Assembly: GCA_040755995.1 (NCBI GenBank)
Contig: JBFMAF010000032.1
Coordinates: 129,306 to 193,305 of the forward strand
Origin: Acidobacteriota bacterium
GTDB taxonomy: Bacteria > Acidobacteriota > CAIWXX01
Length of the DNA stretch: 64,000 nucleotides
Direction of reading: 5' to 3'
This document shows, piece after piece, positions 29,931 through 39,979 of this stretch (the stretch's first letter is position 1; every line of letters starts with the position of its first letter). The translations under genes and the position numbers were made by a program. Under the pieces are notes generated by a model. That model was not told where the DNA came from, made no database searches, and saw only the letters and a list, made by a program, of their open reading frames with translations.

Positions 29931-30227
29931 TTACCACGCGCCGCCGCAAGCCGTACCGGGCTCCCGAGATCCGGCTGCACGTGCCTTGGCCCGCAGTGTC
30001 TCGAACTTGGCCAGATTGCCTCGAAGATACGCATCTACCTCGGCACGATGCGCAAGGTAGTAGGTGATGGCGCCGTAGACCTGTTCGAGGGCCAATGTGT
30101 CGTAGTTGTCAGCGATGCTCTCCGGGGGGAGACCACTCAGGAAATCGTGCACCACTGAGTCGAGCGAGACACGGCTGCCGACGATCCGATAGCCCTCCGG
30201 AGTTCGAGCAACGTAGCTCCCTTCCAT
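29931..30227 (-). CDS. DUF433 domain protein
   Basis: IVGSRVSLDSVV...G..PESIA..Y.TL.LEQVYGAITYYL. Confidence 0.85.
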   Translation of the reverse strand: MEGSYVARTPEGYRIVGSRVSLDSVVHDFLSGLPPESIADNYDTLALEQVYGAITYYLAHRAEVDAYLRGNLAKFETLRAKARAAGSREPGTACGGAW

Positions 30228-30353
30228 TCTGCCGGCTCCTCTCTCCCTATGCTATTCTAACCCAATCTCGGCACTCCCGCGAACCATCGAGATGACCGTC
30301 GACCAGCCTGAGCCAAGTCCGACGGTGGTCCCGGTCACCCGGGCGCACCGGCT

Positions 30354-31448
30354 CTACGAGACGCCCCAGGCGACGAGCGTCTCAAAGACGCGTGGATGAG
30401 CGCCCATGAAGCGCACGACACGACAACGCAGGCGAGGGCGCCGCGCGAGCGCGAGCACAGCTCGGGCGACCAATGCATATCGCCGGAACTTGCGCGCAAA
30501 TGCGCGCTCATAGGGCCTGAGCGCTTCGACGGTAGCCCCACGCTTCAGGGCAGCCGGCAGGATCTCGCCGAGCGTCCGGGAACACGCGAATGCGAGCGAC
30601 GTGCCTTCGCCTGTGATCGGATCGACATAGCCCGCGGCGTCCCCGATGAGCACGAAGCGGTCCTTGACCCGAGCGGCCGCCAATCGTGGCATCGGGCCGG
30701 CTCCACGTGGCTCCGAGTCTCTCTCTGAGCATGCGACTCTAGACGCGAGTACTGGAAACCGCGCAAGGAATGCGTCGATCGACGCGCCTCCCTCGTTCGC
30801 ACCTCTCTCCCAGAGAAACGCGATTCCGACCCTGGCCGCTCCTGACGGCGTGACGTACGCCTCGATCCCCGCTCCGAAGTGCACTTCCACGAAGTTGTTC
30901 CAGGGGGCCACGCGGAAGTGTTGCCGCAACCCGAACCGCTTCGGACCCGAGGAGGGGCGTTCCAGGCCCTCAGCCGCCCGCAACGGCGAATTCAATCCGT
31001 CCGCCGCGACCAGGACCCCCGCCTCAACCTCGCCACCGTCTAGTTCAACCGAGACGCCCTGAGCAGTTCTGCGAAAACGCCTCGCGGTGCAATCCCAACG
31101 GAGCTCCACGCCGCACTCGGCCGCCCGCGCCGACAATGCTGCGCTGAGCGCCGTCCGCCTGACTCCGAGCCCGCCGCCGCGCGGCAGCCGTCCTTCGGCC
31201 GCTGAGCCATCCTCCTGCACGTACCTGATGCCAATGAACGGCGCGCTGTCCGCCTGTTTGATGTGCGGCAGAGCCCCCATCTCCTGCAGCGCGCGGACGC
31301 CGGCAGGCATGATCCCTTCGCCGCAGGCCTTGTCCGGAGGACAGCTGCGCCTCTCCAATACTATCGTCGATAGGCCTCGTAGCGATGCGCAGATGGCAGT
31401 GGCCAGTCCAGCCGGGCCGCCTCCCACGATCGCCACGTCAAAGCGCAA
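30354..31448 (-). CDS. FAD-dependent monooxygenase/oxidoreductase of the phenolic-lipid cluster
   Basis: GGGPAG, DKACGEG, AADG, IGDAAGYVDPITGEG. Confidence 0.88.
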   Translation of the reverse strand: MRFDVAIVGGGPAGLATAICASLRGLSTIVLERRSCPPDKACGEGIMPAGVRALQEMGALPHIKQADSAPFIGIRYVQEDGSAAEGRLPRGGGLGVRRTALSAALSARAAECGVELRWDCTARRFRRTAQGVSVELDGGEVEAGVLVAADGLNSPLRAAEGLERPSSGPKRFGLRQHFRVAPWNNFVEVHFGAGIEAYVTPSGAARVGIAFLWERGANEGGASIDAFLARFPVLASRVACSERDSEPRGAGPMPRLAAARVKDRFVLIGDAAGYVDPITGEGTSLAFACSRTLGEILPAALKRGATVEALRPYERAFARKFRRYALVARAVLALARRPRLRCRVVRFMGAHPRVFETLVAWGVS

Positions 31449-33204
31449 CTCTGGTCCTCGCGAATGCGATCGCCGACCTGACCATCTCCACGGCGAGTCC
31501 CGCTACTCCGACTCGCCTGGGCGGATCGAGCTCCCCCGAAATGAATCTTCTCAGCGCCTCACCACGCTTCATCTTGCCGCTGGAAGTGCGCGGAAGCGTT
31601 CCCGGGTGGAGCACCACCACAGAATGCGGCCTTACGCCGGTTCTCTCGATCACAACTCGACGGATTCCATCCGCCAGCTCCGCATCACCGTCGTCGCCGG
31701 TCATGTTCTTCGCGCGCTCGACGAGCATCAGAAGCGACTCCTCGGACTCATCCTCAGGCACAAAGCCGACCGCCACGGCGCACCCGGCGCGGACTCCTTC
31801 CATCCCATCGAGGCACTCCTCGAATTCCTGCGGCTGGTGATTGGAGCCTCGTATGATGATCACCTCCTTGGCCCGACCGCACACGTAGAGCTCGCCGCCG
31901 GCCGTGAAGCCAAGGTCGCCGGTATCCAACCAGCCGTCCACGATCGATTGCGCAGTGGCTTCCGGCTGGCCGAAATACCCAGCCATGACCGACGCCCCGC
32001 GCGCATATATGCGTCCCACCTTGCGGTCGGGCAGCAGCGAGCCGTCCTCGGCACGCACCTCGATCTCGGCACCGTAGATCGGTGTGCCCACCGAGACGAT
32101 TTCTCGCGCGCCCGCGACCGCCTCGCCCGTGGGAGCCAACCGCACGGGGTCAACTGTCACGGATTGGACCCGGCGATCAGCGGGAGCGCACGTGACGGCC
32201 AGCGATGCCTCGGCCAGGCCGTAGGCGGGCCTCAATGCGCGCGGATCGAACCCGAATCGGGAGAAGCGGGCTGCGAAACGCCGCAGCCCTTCGATCGAAA
32301 CCGGCTCGGCTCCGCAGAGCGCCATTTGCCAGCTGGAAAGGTCTGCGCCGTCGAGGTCCTCGTCTCGCACGCGCTTTGCGCACAGGGCGTAGGCGAAGCT
32401 CGGCGCGGGGGAGATCGTTGCTCGATGGCGAGCCACGGCCCGCAGCCACATCACCGGGCGCGCCAGGAAGCACTCGGGTGGTATCAGCACGAGCGGCCCC
32501 GGGTAGTACACGGCGCTCAGCAGGCAGCCTATCAGGCCCATGTCATGGTAGAGCGGCAGCCACGAAACGCCAAGCTGAGGGAACTGGCGCTCCGGAGGCA
32601 TCAGCGCTTTCAGTGCCGCGCACTGCGCCACGAGGTTAAGGTGAGTCAGCGCGACCGGCCTGGGATCGACCGTCGAGCCCGACGAGAACTGGATGAGTGC
32701 CAGCGAACCCGGCTCGACGCGCGCGTCGAACGAATCCGGCGGGCCGGCAGTGATCCCTTCGACAGTCAGGCAGCCGAGATCGGGCCGGGCTCGCTCCACC
32801 GCGCGCCCCAGCAGCCGGCGGATCCGCGCATCGGTCAGAATCAGACGCGCGCCGGCGCAGCTCAGCATTCGAGCCGTGGAGACATGGTACTCTGCGAGTC
32901 TCCCCAGGCGCACAGGCGGGTAGAGCGGCACAGGGATGGCGCCCGCGAGCAGCACCCCGAAGAACGCATCCACGAATGCGGGCGACGTGGGAAGCACCAG
33001 CGCCACTCGATCTCCAACCAGGACTCCTGCATGGCGAAGTCCACCCGCACAGACGGCTGCACGCTCCAGCACGTCGCTCCACGGCACGAGGATCTCGCGC
33101 TCGTGAAGATCGACAAAGGTGAGCCCGGATCGGGTGCGCGCGGCCGCCGCCAGAGCTTCGTTCACAGTGGCGAACCGGGGCTCGGGGAGCGGCGGGCCCT
33201 TCAT
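31438..33204 (-). CDS. Fatty acyl-AMP ligase (FAAL)
   Basis: QFSSGST, SWLPLYHDMGLIG, YGLAEASL, TGDLG, RTSSGK. Confidence 0.92.
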   Translation of the reverse strand: MKGPPLPEPRFATVNEALAAAARTRSGLTFVDLHEREILVPWSDVLERAAVCAGGLRHAGVLVGDRVALVLPTSPAFVDAFFGVLLAGAIPVPLYPPVRLGRLAEYHVSTARMLSCAGARLILTDARIRRLLGRAVERARPDLGCLTVEGITAGPPDSFDARVEPGSLALIQFSSGSTVDPRPVALTHLNLVAQCAALKALMPPERQFPQLGVSWLPLYHDMGLIGCLLSAVYYPGPLVLIPPECFLARPVMWLRAVARHRATISPAPSFAYALCAKRVRDEDLDGADLSSWQMALCGAEPVSIEGLRRFAARFSRFGFDPRALRPAYGLAEASLAVTCAPADRRVQSVTVDPVRLAPTGEAVAGAREIVSVGTPIYGAEIEVRAEDGSLLPDRKVGRIYARGASVMAGYFGQPEATAQSIVDGWLDTGDLGFTAGGELYVCGRAKEVIIIRGSNHQPQEFEECLDGMEGVRAGCAVAVGFVPEDESEESLLMLVERAKNMTGDDGDAELADGIRRVVIERTGVRPHSVVVLHPGTLPRTSSGKMKRGEALRRFISGELDPPRRVGVAGLAVEMVRSAIAFARTRVAL

Positions 33205-33458
33205 CTCGATGACCTTGACATACAGGACGCGACCATCCGCACGAGATCCCCGACCGTGACCAGGCCCGCCGTCTCTTCGTCCGGCAGTTTCACACGGAAG
33301 CGATCCTCGAGCCCCACCGCCAGCACCAGCGCCCGCACGGAATCGAGATCGAGCGCGCTGACGAGCTCATCGCCCGGCTCGATCGGGCGGGTCACTTCGA
33401 GCTCGCGTGACGCGATCTTGCGTATCTCGCCGAGGATTTCGGTCTCGACGTCAGGCAT
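33201..33458 (-). CDS. Acyl carrier protein
   Basis: 85 aa; LDLDSVRAL phosphopantetheine Ser; LEDRF, TVGDL. Confidence 0.88.
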   Translation of the reverse strand: MPDVETEILGEIRKIASRELEVTRPIEPGDELVSALDLDSVRALVLAVGLEDRFRVKLPDEETAGLVTVGDLVRMVASCMSRSSR

Positions 33459-34023
33459 GACGACCTCGCGGCAGGAAGCGCGGGCGTCCGGCAAACGCCT
33501 CCGCGTACACCGGACCCAGCGCACGCTCCTCCGTCCGTATCCTCACGCCCAGCAGGGCCGCATTGCCGGCGGAGAACACGAGAGCAGTGATCCAGGCGCC
33601 GTGGATCACCGGAATGGCGATCATCTCCAGGACAACCGCAAGGTAGTTGGGATGGCGGATGTGGCGATAGGGGCCTCCGGTCACGGGCGCAGCTCCAGGA
33701 AGCACCAGGACGCGGGTGTTCCATCGCCAGCCCAGGACTGATACGGCCCACCAGCGCAGCCCCTGGGCCGCGAGCGCCACGAGCAACGCCGCAATCCCGG
33801 CGACTCCCGGAAAAGGCCGCCGCAGCGCGATGACCTCCGTCGCGCACGCAATGGGGAAGACCACATGGAACAAGGCCATGACCACGTAGTGCCGTCGCCC
33901 CACCTCCACTGCGCCTGCCGCAACGGCGCGACGCGCGTTGCGGCGCGACACTATGAGCTCGACACCACGCTCGCAGTAGAGGAGCCCTAGCAGAACGACG
34001 TACAGAGATACCGATGTCACCAC
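33451..34023 (-). CDS. Isoprenylcysteine carboxyl methyltransferase family protein (SrsB/BpsB-like)
   Basis: ELIVSRRN, LG.RWNTRV, GPYRHIRHPNY, RIRTEERAL. Confidence 0.9.
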   Translation of the reverse strand: MVTSVSLYVVLLGLLYCERGVELIVSRRNARRAVAAGAVEVGRRHYVVMALFHVVFPIACATEVIALRRPFPGVAGIAALLVALAAQGLRWWAVSVLGWRWNTRVLVLPGAAPVTGGPYRHIRHPNYLAVVLEMIAIPVIHGAWITALVFSAGNAALLGVRIRTEERALGPVYAEAFAGRPRFLPRGRHA

Positions 34024-35090
34024 TGCAGGAGTACCAATTCTGAACAGAAACCGGGCCCCATCGCCATGAGCAGGCCGTAGTCTCCAGGCCTCGCCTCACC
34101 CGCATCCAGTAGGTCTCCGAGGACGAACAGGACCGAGGCGGACGAGAGGTTGCCCGTGCCGGCCAGGGATATCCACGAACGATCGAGAGCGCCGGGAGGA
34201 AGCTCCAGCGCCTCCTCGAATGCCTTGAGCACCTTGGGACCGCCGGTGTGAGCGATCCAGTGCCGTATCCGGGATCGATCCAGTCCATGCCTGGACAGGA
34301 ATGCATCGACATCGTTGCGGACGTGTTCGCGCACCACGTCCGGCACCTTCGCCGAGAGCACGACCTTGAATCCGCTTTCGACAATGTCCCAACCCATGAT
34401 CCGCTCTGTGTTCGGATAGAAGGCCGAGCCCGTTGCGACAGTGCGCGGCCCCGATTGCCCTCGATTCCGCGCGCCCGCAATGATCGCTGCCGCGGCACCA
34501 TCGCCGAAAAGGCCCGATGCGATGATGTTGGGAATCGAGAGATCTTCGCGCTGTAGAGTAAGCGAACAGATCTCCACTGAAACCACCGCGGCGACCTGCT
34601 CCGGGTACACGCGCAGCGTGTCGGAGGCTCGGGCCAGCCCGCCTGCGCCCGCGGCGCATCCAAGGCCGAACACCGGTGTCCGCTTCACGTCGGTCCGAAG
34701 CCCAAGTCGGTTGACCAGGTGCGCATCGATGCTCGGAGTGGCGATGCCCGTGGTGGAAACGAAGTAGAGATGGTCCACGTCGTGCGCGCGCAGGCCGGCG
34801 CGGCCCAGTGCATCGCGCAGCGCCTCGGCTCCCAGATCCACTGCGCACCGAGTCCACGCGTCGTTGCGAGCGGAAAAGGAAACCAGTTTCTTGTAGTCGC
34901 CCATCGGGAGCGCCAGATATCGGCCGGATACCTGAACGGCGCGGTGCAGCTCCTCCAGTCGCTCGACGTTGTAGTGCGAGCTCCCCCAGAGCGCGCGGAA
35001 TGCAGCGATGATCGTCTCTTGATCGACATAGTGCGGCGGCAACGCACGCCCTACGGCGCGGATGACTGGGTGCTGGGTTTCTTCAGGCAT
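34017..35090 (-). CDS. Type III polyketide synthase (chalcone synthase family)
   Basis: Catalytic triad GLGCAAG / HTGGPKV / GNLSS; LFGDG; MGPGF. Start could lie as far up as 35159. Confidence 0.95.
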   Translation of the reverse strand: MPEETQHPVIRAVGRALPPHYVDQETIIAAFRALWGSSHYNVERLEELHRAVQVSGRYLALPMGDYKKLVSFSARNDAWTRCAVDLGAEALRDALGRAGLRAHDVDHLYFVSTTGIATPSIDAHLVNRLGLRTDVKRTPVFGLGCAAGAGGLARASDTLRVYPEQVAAVVSVEICSLTLQREDLSIPNIIASGLFGDGAAAAIIAGARNRGQSGPRTVATGSAFYPNTERIMGWDIVESGFKVVLSAKVPDVVREHVRNDVDAFLSRHGLDRSRIRHWIAHTGGPKVLKAFEEALELPPGALDRSWISLAGTGNLSSASVLFVLGDLLDAGEARPGDYGLLMAMGPGFCSELVLLQW

Positions 35091-35384
35091 TGGACCTGCC
35101 CGACGCACGCCGGCAGTGTTGAGGCACCCAGCGTTCGACCGCGTCTCCTGTCTGACCACCCACGAAGGCCCTTGGAACCGACCGGGGTCGTTCCTGCATC
35201 AACGTCAATCAACCTGTCGCCAGTCCGTCCTTCCGCCCCCCAAAATCATAGCAGATCGTGGACAGCCGATCGGGAGCCGGCGTCGTGTGATCCGCTCGTC
35301 GATTGGTCCACTCGCACGAAGCTCTCGCTCCACTGCTCTCAGCGACGCAAGGGAGACCAGGAGCCCGGCCCGCGGTGTTGTCCA

Positions 35385-36923
35385 TCAGACCGCGGCGTGG
35401 GCGGCCTGCTCCGCCGCTTGTCTCTCGCGAAGGTGCTTCGGGACTCGGTCGCGGCGAAACACATCCTCCTCGCTCTCGCGCTGGCGGATGATCTCGGCCC
35501 GAGAGCCAGTCACCAGTATGGTTGCGGGCCGTGGCATCGCGTTGAAGTTGCTCATTGAGACCTCCTGATATGCGCCGGTGTCGAGCATGGCGAGGATGTC
35601 GCCAACCTCCACCTCCGGTATCGGCACCAGGGGGTAAAGCCGGTCGCCGTAGCAGCTCCGTCCGATGATGTCGGCCTTCCTGATCATGGGCGCGTCGACC
35701 TTGTTCGCGAACATGTAGTCGTGCAGGTGATGCTCGTAGCGCCCGCCCGTGAACCAGAACTCGGTGGTGTCCACGATGATGACGTTGTAGCGGATCGGCG
35801 AGGTGATGCGCTTGACGTTGCAGACCGTCGTCAGGTGAATGCCGGTGTTTCCGTGGAGGCCGCGTCCGGGTTCGAGCTGCAACATCACGCCATCGAGCCT
35901 GATCCCGCTGTTCGCAAGCTCCCGGCGCAATGATCGCGTGCAGGCCTCGGCGTAGTCCTCGATAGCCGGCGCGAGCTTGCGATTGGGGTGGGCCACGAGC
36001 ATGTCGACGATCCAGGCCACGACTGCGTAACGCGCGCGCGCCCCGAATGCGCTCAGCATCCTGGACACGCCGTGAAGCGCCGCGTACTGCAGAGGCTCCG
36101 AGTAGTGAGTCGCCTTGTTGAACGGATCGCGCGGAATAGCAAAGCCTCCGCCGATGTCGATCTCGCGCGGCTGATACCCACCCAGCGCCTTTGAGACGCG
36201 CCCGATCGCCTCGGCGTATGCCCGCATCTGCTCCTCCCAGTATCGCGCCGATGCGCTATGCCGCCCGTGGTGCTGGTGGAATCCCACCAATTCCACGCGC
36301 TTCATGCCGAGAATGCGCTGCCCGATCGAGATCGCCAGATCGATTGGCAGGCCGCCTTTATAGGCGAGCGCCGCAAGATCGGTGGGCACCAACCCCTCGG
36401 CCACAAAATCGCTATGGCGGATGAAGCGCGGAAGCGGCGGCTTGAGCCGCAACCGGACTCTGGCCGTCACGCCAAGCTCGCCGGCCGCCTTCTCGATCAC
36501 GTCGACCTCTTCGCTGCTGTCGATAGTGATCCTCGCCCCGGCCTTGATGCTGCGGTAGATATGCGCATCATCCTTCGGGACTCCGTTTACGGAAATGAGC
36601 GTCGGATCGACGCCGGCATCGAGAGCCGCGGTGAGCTCGCCGCTCGAGTACACATCGCAGCCGCAGCCCTCGTTCGCCAGGATATGTTGCACTGCAAGCA
36701 CCCAGTTTGCCTTGGCCGCCGGCAGCACCTTGACCGGGCCGTCGGGCCAGCCGCGCTGGAACGCCTGCTGGAACCGGCGCACATTGCGGCGAATCTGGTC
36801 CTCGGAGAGAACGAAGATCGGCGAGCCGAACTGCCGCACAAGCTCGATCGTGTCGCAGTCCTCGACGAAGAGGCGACCGTCGCGCTTGGAGAGACAGTCA
36901 TCGAGACGTGTCATCGTGACCAT
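35385..36923 (-). CDS. Fold-type III PLP-dependent decarboxylase (diaminopimelate decarboxylase-like, divergent)
   Basis: FGSP, AAKAN (PLP Lys), S.GEL, DIGGGF, EPGR, GRSC, DTGAY. CAGGAGG RBS before 36923. Confidence 0.8.
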   Translation of the reverse strand: MVTMTRLDDCLSKRDGRLFVEDCDTIELVRQFGSPIFVLSEDQIRRNVRRFQQAFQRGWPDGPVKVLPAAKANWVLAVQHILANEGCGCDVYSSGELTAALDAGVDPTLISVNGVPKDDAHIYRSIKAGARITIDSSEEVDVIEKAAGELGVTARVRLRLKPPLPRFIRHSDFVAEGLVPTDLAALAYKGGLPIDLAISIGQRILGMKRVELVGFHQHHGRHSASARYWEEQMRAYAEAIGRVSKALGGYQPREIDIGGGFAIPRDPFNKATHYSEPLQYAALHGVSRMLSAFGARARYAVVAWIVDMLVAHPNRKLAPAIEDYAEACTRSLRRELANSGIRLDGVMLQLEPGRGLHGNTGIHLTTVCNVKRITSPIRYNVIIVDTTEFWFTGGRYEHHLHDYMFANKVDAPMIRKADIIGRSCYGDRLYPLVPIPEVEVGDILAMLDTGAYQEVSMSNFNAMPRPATILVTGSRAEIIRQRESEEDVFRRDRVPKHLRERQAAEQAAHAAV

Positions 36924-37135
36924 GTATGCCTCCTGGTGAACAAGAGTGAAGGCCCTCGAATCGCCGCAGGTCCCGCGCTTCTCAACGTGATACCGCTCGA
37001 TACTAGGTCCAGCCGCCCTGCGGGTCAAGTGAGACGCGACGATGACCGGGCGAGGGAATAACCGGCGGACCGCTCATCCGTATAATCCTCGTGTGCGCAG
37101 ATTTCGAGTCCGACCCCACACGGAGAAGAACTGAA

Positions 37136-38932
37136 ATGACAACCCCTCTCAGGCACGTCCTCTTAACATCGCTCCTGACAATCATCCTCGCCGGCAAGCC
37201 GGCTTCTACCGACACGGACGCGGCTCCCGACGGCTCCCCGCCTGCGGGCGCCGCCATCGCGCTCGCCCCATGCCAGGCGGCGGGTGTTGAGGGCGAGGTG
37301 AAGTGCGGGACGCTCGAAGTCTACGAGAACCGCGCTGCGAAGTCCGGACGGAAAATCGCCTTGAAGGTCATGGTCCTTCCGGCGACCGGGACCGACAGTG
37401 CACCGGATCCGGTCTTCTTCGTCGTGCCAGGCGGCCCTGGCGGATCGGCCTGCGAGTCTGCGGCCTGGGTGGCGACGGCGTGGGCGGATTTGAGGAAGAG
37501 GCGGGATCTGGTGCTCGTGGATCAGCGAGGTACGGGTGGCTCCCATCCGCTCAACATCGATCTCTTCGGCCCGCCGGAGAACGTCCAGAACTACCTCGGA
37601 GAGTTCATCCCGCATGATGTGGCCTGCAAGGCCCGCGGGACGCTGGCGCAGGAGTCGGACCTGACGCAGTACACCACGCCGATCGCGATGGACGACCTGG
37701 ATGATGTGCGAGCCGCTCTGGGATACGAGCGTATCAACCTGCTCGGGACCTCTTACGGCGGCCGCGCCGTGATGGTCTACATGCGGCAGCATCCCGAGCG
37801 CGTGCGTGCGGCGATCCTCGAGGGTGCCGCGCCGTTGGACGACTTTCTCCCGGCTGGATTCCCATTGTACGCCGAACGGGCCGTGGACGGAGTTTTCTCG
37901 GAATGCGAAAGCGATGCGGGCTGCCACGCAGCGTTCCCGAACCTGCGAGCCGAGTTCGAGCAGGTGTTCGCCAAGCTGGAGAAGGGTCCAGTGCAGACCG
38001 AGATCATTCATCCGAAGACAGGGGAACTGGCGAGAGTCTCACTCAGCCGGAACGTCGCTGCGGAGGCCGTGAGGTATCTGCTGTACTACCCGAACCTCAC
38101 GCGACAGCTGCCCGTCCTGATTCATGAGGCGGCGCAAGGCGACTACTCGCCGCTCGCCGAGTTCGCTCTGTGGTGCAGGATGAACATCGTCGCATCGGGC
38201 AGCATGGGAATGTTTCTCGCCGTGACCTGCGCCGAGGACCTGCCTTGGATCAAGCCGGGCGAAGGAGAGCGGATGGCGCGGGGGACGTTTCTCGGCGACT
38301 ACCGGTTGCAGCAGCAGCGGGCGGCCTGCGACTGCTGGCCGCGCGGATGGCTCCCGCCTCACTACAGCGAGCCGCTGCGATCGGATGCGCCGGTGCTGAT
38401 CATCACCGGCGCCTTGGATCCGGCGACACCTCCGTCGCTCGCGGACGGCTTTGCAAAGTACCTGCCGGGGAGCCTACACGTCGTCGTGCCCCACGGCGGC
38501 CATTCAGCCGACGGCCTCATCAACGCGGATTGCATCAGCAGGCTCGAGACCGCCTTCATCGAACGCGGCACAGCAGTAGGGTTGGATACAACCTGCGTGT
38601 CATCGATCCAGCGGCCCCCATTCGCAGTGAAAGCCCTGGAGACGAAGGTCGTGACGCTGAGCGAGGAAGAGCTCGAGAGGCTCACAGGCGACTATGTCAT
38701 CGAAGGTACGACATTCCCCATGGTAGTCCTGCATGAGGACCGGCGATTGTCGGCGCTGGCGCCGGACGGCCCCATTCTGCTCGTTCCCGTGTCCGAGACG
38801 AAGTTCAAGGCGGTTGGGATTCCGGGGATGTACGCTACTTTCGAGCTGGAAGAAGACATGGTTGCTCGAGTGGTGTTCGAGCGTGGAGGCTCGACGTCCT
38901 TCGTGCTGGTCCCGGCGCTCGCCGAACGCTGA
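37136..38932 (+). CDS. Secreted alpha/beta hydrolase (TAP-like peptidase S33)
   Basis: Signal peptide; GGPGGS, DQRGTG, GTSYG nucleophile, DPATP, GGH. Confidence 0.88.
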   Translation: MTTPLRHVLLTSLLTIILAGKPASTDTDAAPDGSPPAGAAIALAPCQAAGVEGEVKCGTLEVYENRAAKSGRKIALKVMVLPATGTDSAPDPVFFVVPGGPGGSACESAAWVATAWADLRKRRDLVLVDQRGTGGSHPLNIDLFGPPENVQNYLGEFIPHDVACKARGTLAQESDLTQYTTPIAMDDLDDVRAALGYERINLLGTSYGGRAVMVYMRQHPERVRAAILEGAAPLDDFLPAGFPLYAERAVDGVFSECESDAGCHAAFPNLRAEFEQVFAKLEKGPVQTEIIHPKTGELARVSLSRNVAAEAVRYLLYYPNLTRQLPVLIHEAAQGDYSPLAEFALWCRMNIVASGSMGMFLAVTCAEDLPWIKPGEGERMARGTFLGDYRLQQQRAACDCWPRGWLPPHYSEPLRSDAPVLIITGALDPATPPSLADGFAKYLPGSLHVVVPHGGHSADGLINADCISRLETAFIERGTAVGLDTTCVSSIQRPPFAVKALETKVVTLSEEELERLTGDYVIEGTTFPMVVLHEDRRLSALAPDGPILLVPVSETKFKAVGIPGMYATFELEEDMVARVVFERGGSTSFVLVPALAER

Positions 38933-39007
38933 GCCACCCGCGCCCCGCGCCCAGACGATCTCTCCCTCGCGTGCCTTGACCACGCCTCAGGGCGGCGCGA
39001 GGTCGGG

Positions 39008-39979
39008 CTACAGGATCTTGTCCGCACGCCGGCGCATGTCATCGGTGATTGTCAGACCCTGTTGCTGGCATGCGGCTTGATTGAGGAAGAGCTGGTATCT
39101 CGTGTACGGGCGCAGCGGGAGCTCACTGAGCGGCGTCCCGCGCAGGAGCTGAGCGGCCACGGTCCCGCTCTGATAGCCCCAGTCGTAGTAGTCGAGCCCC
39201 CAGCCCACCGCCGCACCTGACTGCACTATGCCGGCCTCGGAGGCGAACACCGGCAGCTTGAATTCCTCGGCAACCTTGGCGAGCATCGGCATGGAGTTGT
39301 AGAGGGTGTTGTCCGCGGCGGTGATGAAGGCCTGCACATCCTGGCCGGCGAGTGCCCGTGCCGCGTCAGGCACCTCATTCAGCGAAGAGACCGGCATGCG
39401 GCGGAGGTCGATCCCCGCCGCCGCGCAGGCCCTGGCCAACGCTTCCGCGGCCGCCAGCGCGTTGGGTTCCGCAGGGTTCGTCAGCAGACCCAGGCGCTGC
39501 ACGGGCCCGGGCAAGCAGGAGACGATGACGCGCAAGTACTCCGCCATGTCGTTCGGGTTGTAGTAGCCCGTCATGTTCGCCGGCACCACGCGCAAGCCGA
39601 CGTCGCCAGGCGGCGAGACGATAGTAATGACTATGGGCACGGGGTCACCTGCGCCGCTGGTCACGTTCGCCGCCGCGAGCATACAGGGGGTGGTGTTCGT
39701 CGCGATCAGTCGCACGCGGTCCGTGAGAAACCCCTGGACGATTGTGGGCAGCAGAGTCTGGTCCCCCTGCGCGCAGCGATACTCCAGAACGTAATCGCGA
39801 TCCTGATTGAACCCTCCGTCCTGCAACGCCTGGAGGAAGCCGCGCCGCCCCTCGTCGAGCTGCGGGTCCTCCAACAGCTGCATGTACCCGATTCGCGGAA
39901 TCGAGTCGGGGAGCCTGCCGCGGCATGTCAGGCCCAGAGCCATGCCTGTTAGAATTGCCATCAGACGCCATGCAGTCAT
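39008..39979 (-). CDS. ABC transporter substrate-binding lipoprotein (orphan)
   Basis: Lipobox-like GLTC; EDPQLD..R.GF, AQGDQ, NPAEPNA, DN, GLDYYDWG. Confidence 0.82.
   Translation of the reverse strand: MTAWRLMAILTGMALGLTCRGRLPDSIPRIGYMQLLEDPQLDEGRRGFLQALQDGGFNQDRDYVLEYRCAQGDQTLLPTIVQGFLTDRVRLIATNTTPCMLAAANVTSGAGDPVPIVITIVSPPGDVGLRVVPANMTGYYNPNDMAEYLRVIVSCLPGPVQRLGLLTNPAEPNALAAAEALARACAAAGIDLRRMPVSSLNEVPDAARALAGQDVQAFITAADNTLYNSMPMLAKVAEEFKLPVFASEAGIVQSGAAVGWGLDYYDWGYQSGTVAAQLLRGTPLSELPLRPYTRYQLFLNQAACQQQGLTITDDMRRRADKIL

Noticed and set aside
31087..33741. 884-aa plus-strand ORF
   Set aside because: Antisense shadow of the FAAL/ACP genes in high-GC DNA; no motifs.
35385..36923. Calling the gene lysA
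   Set aside because: Substrate-binding motifs diverge from canonical LysA.
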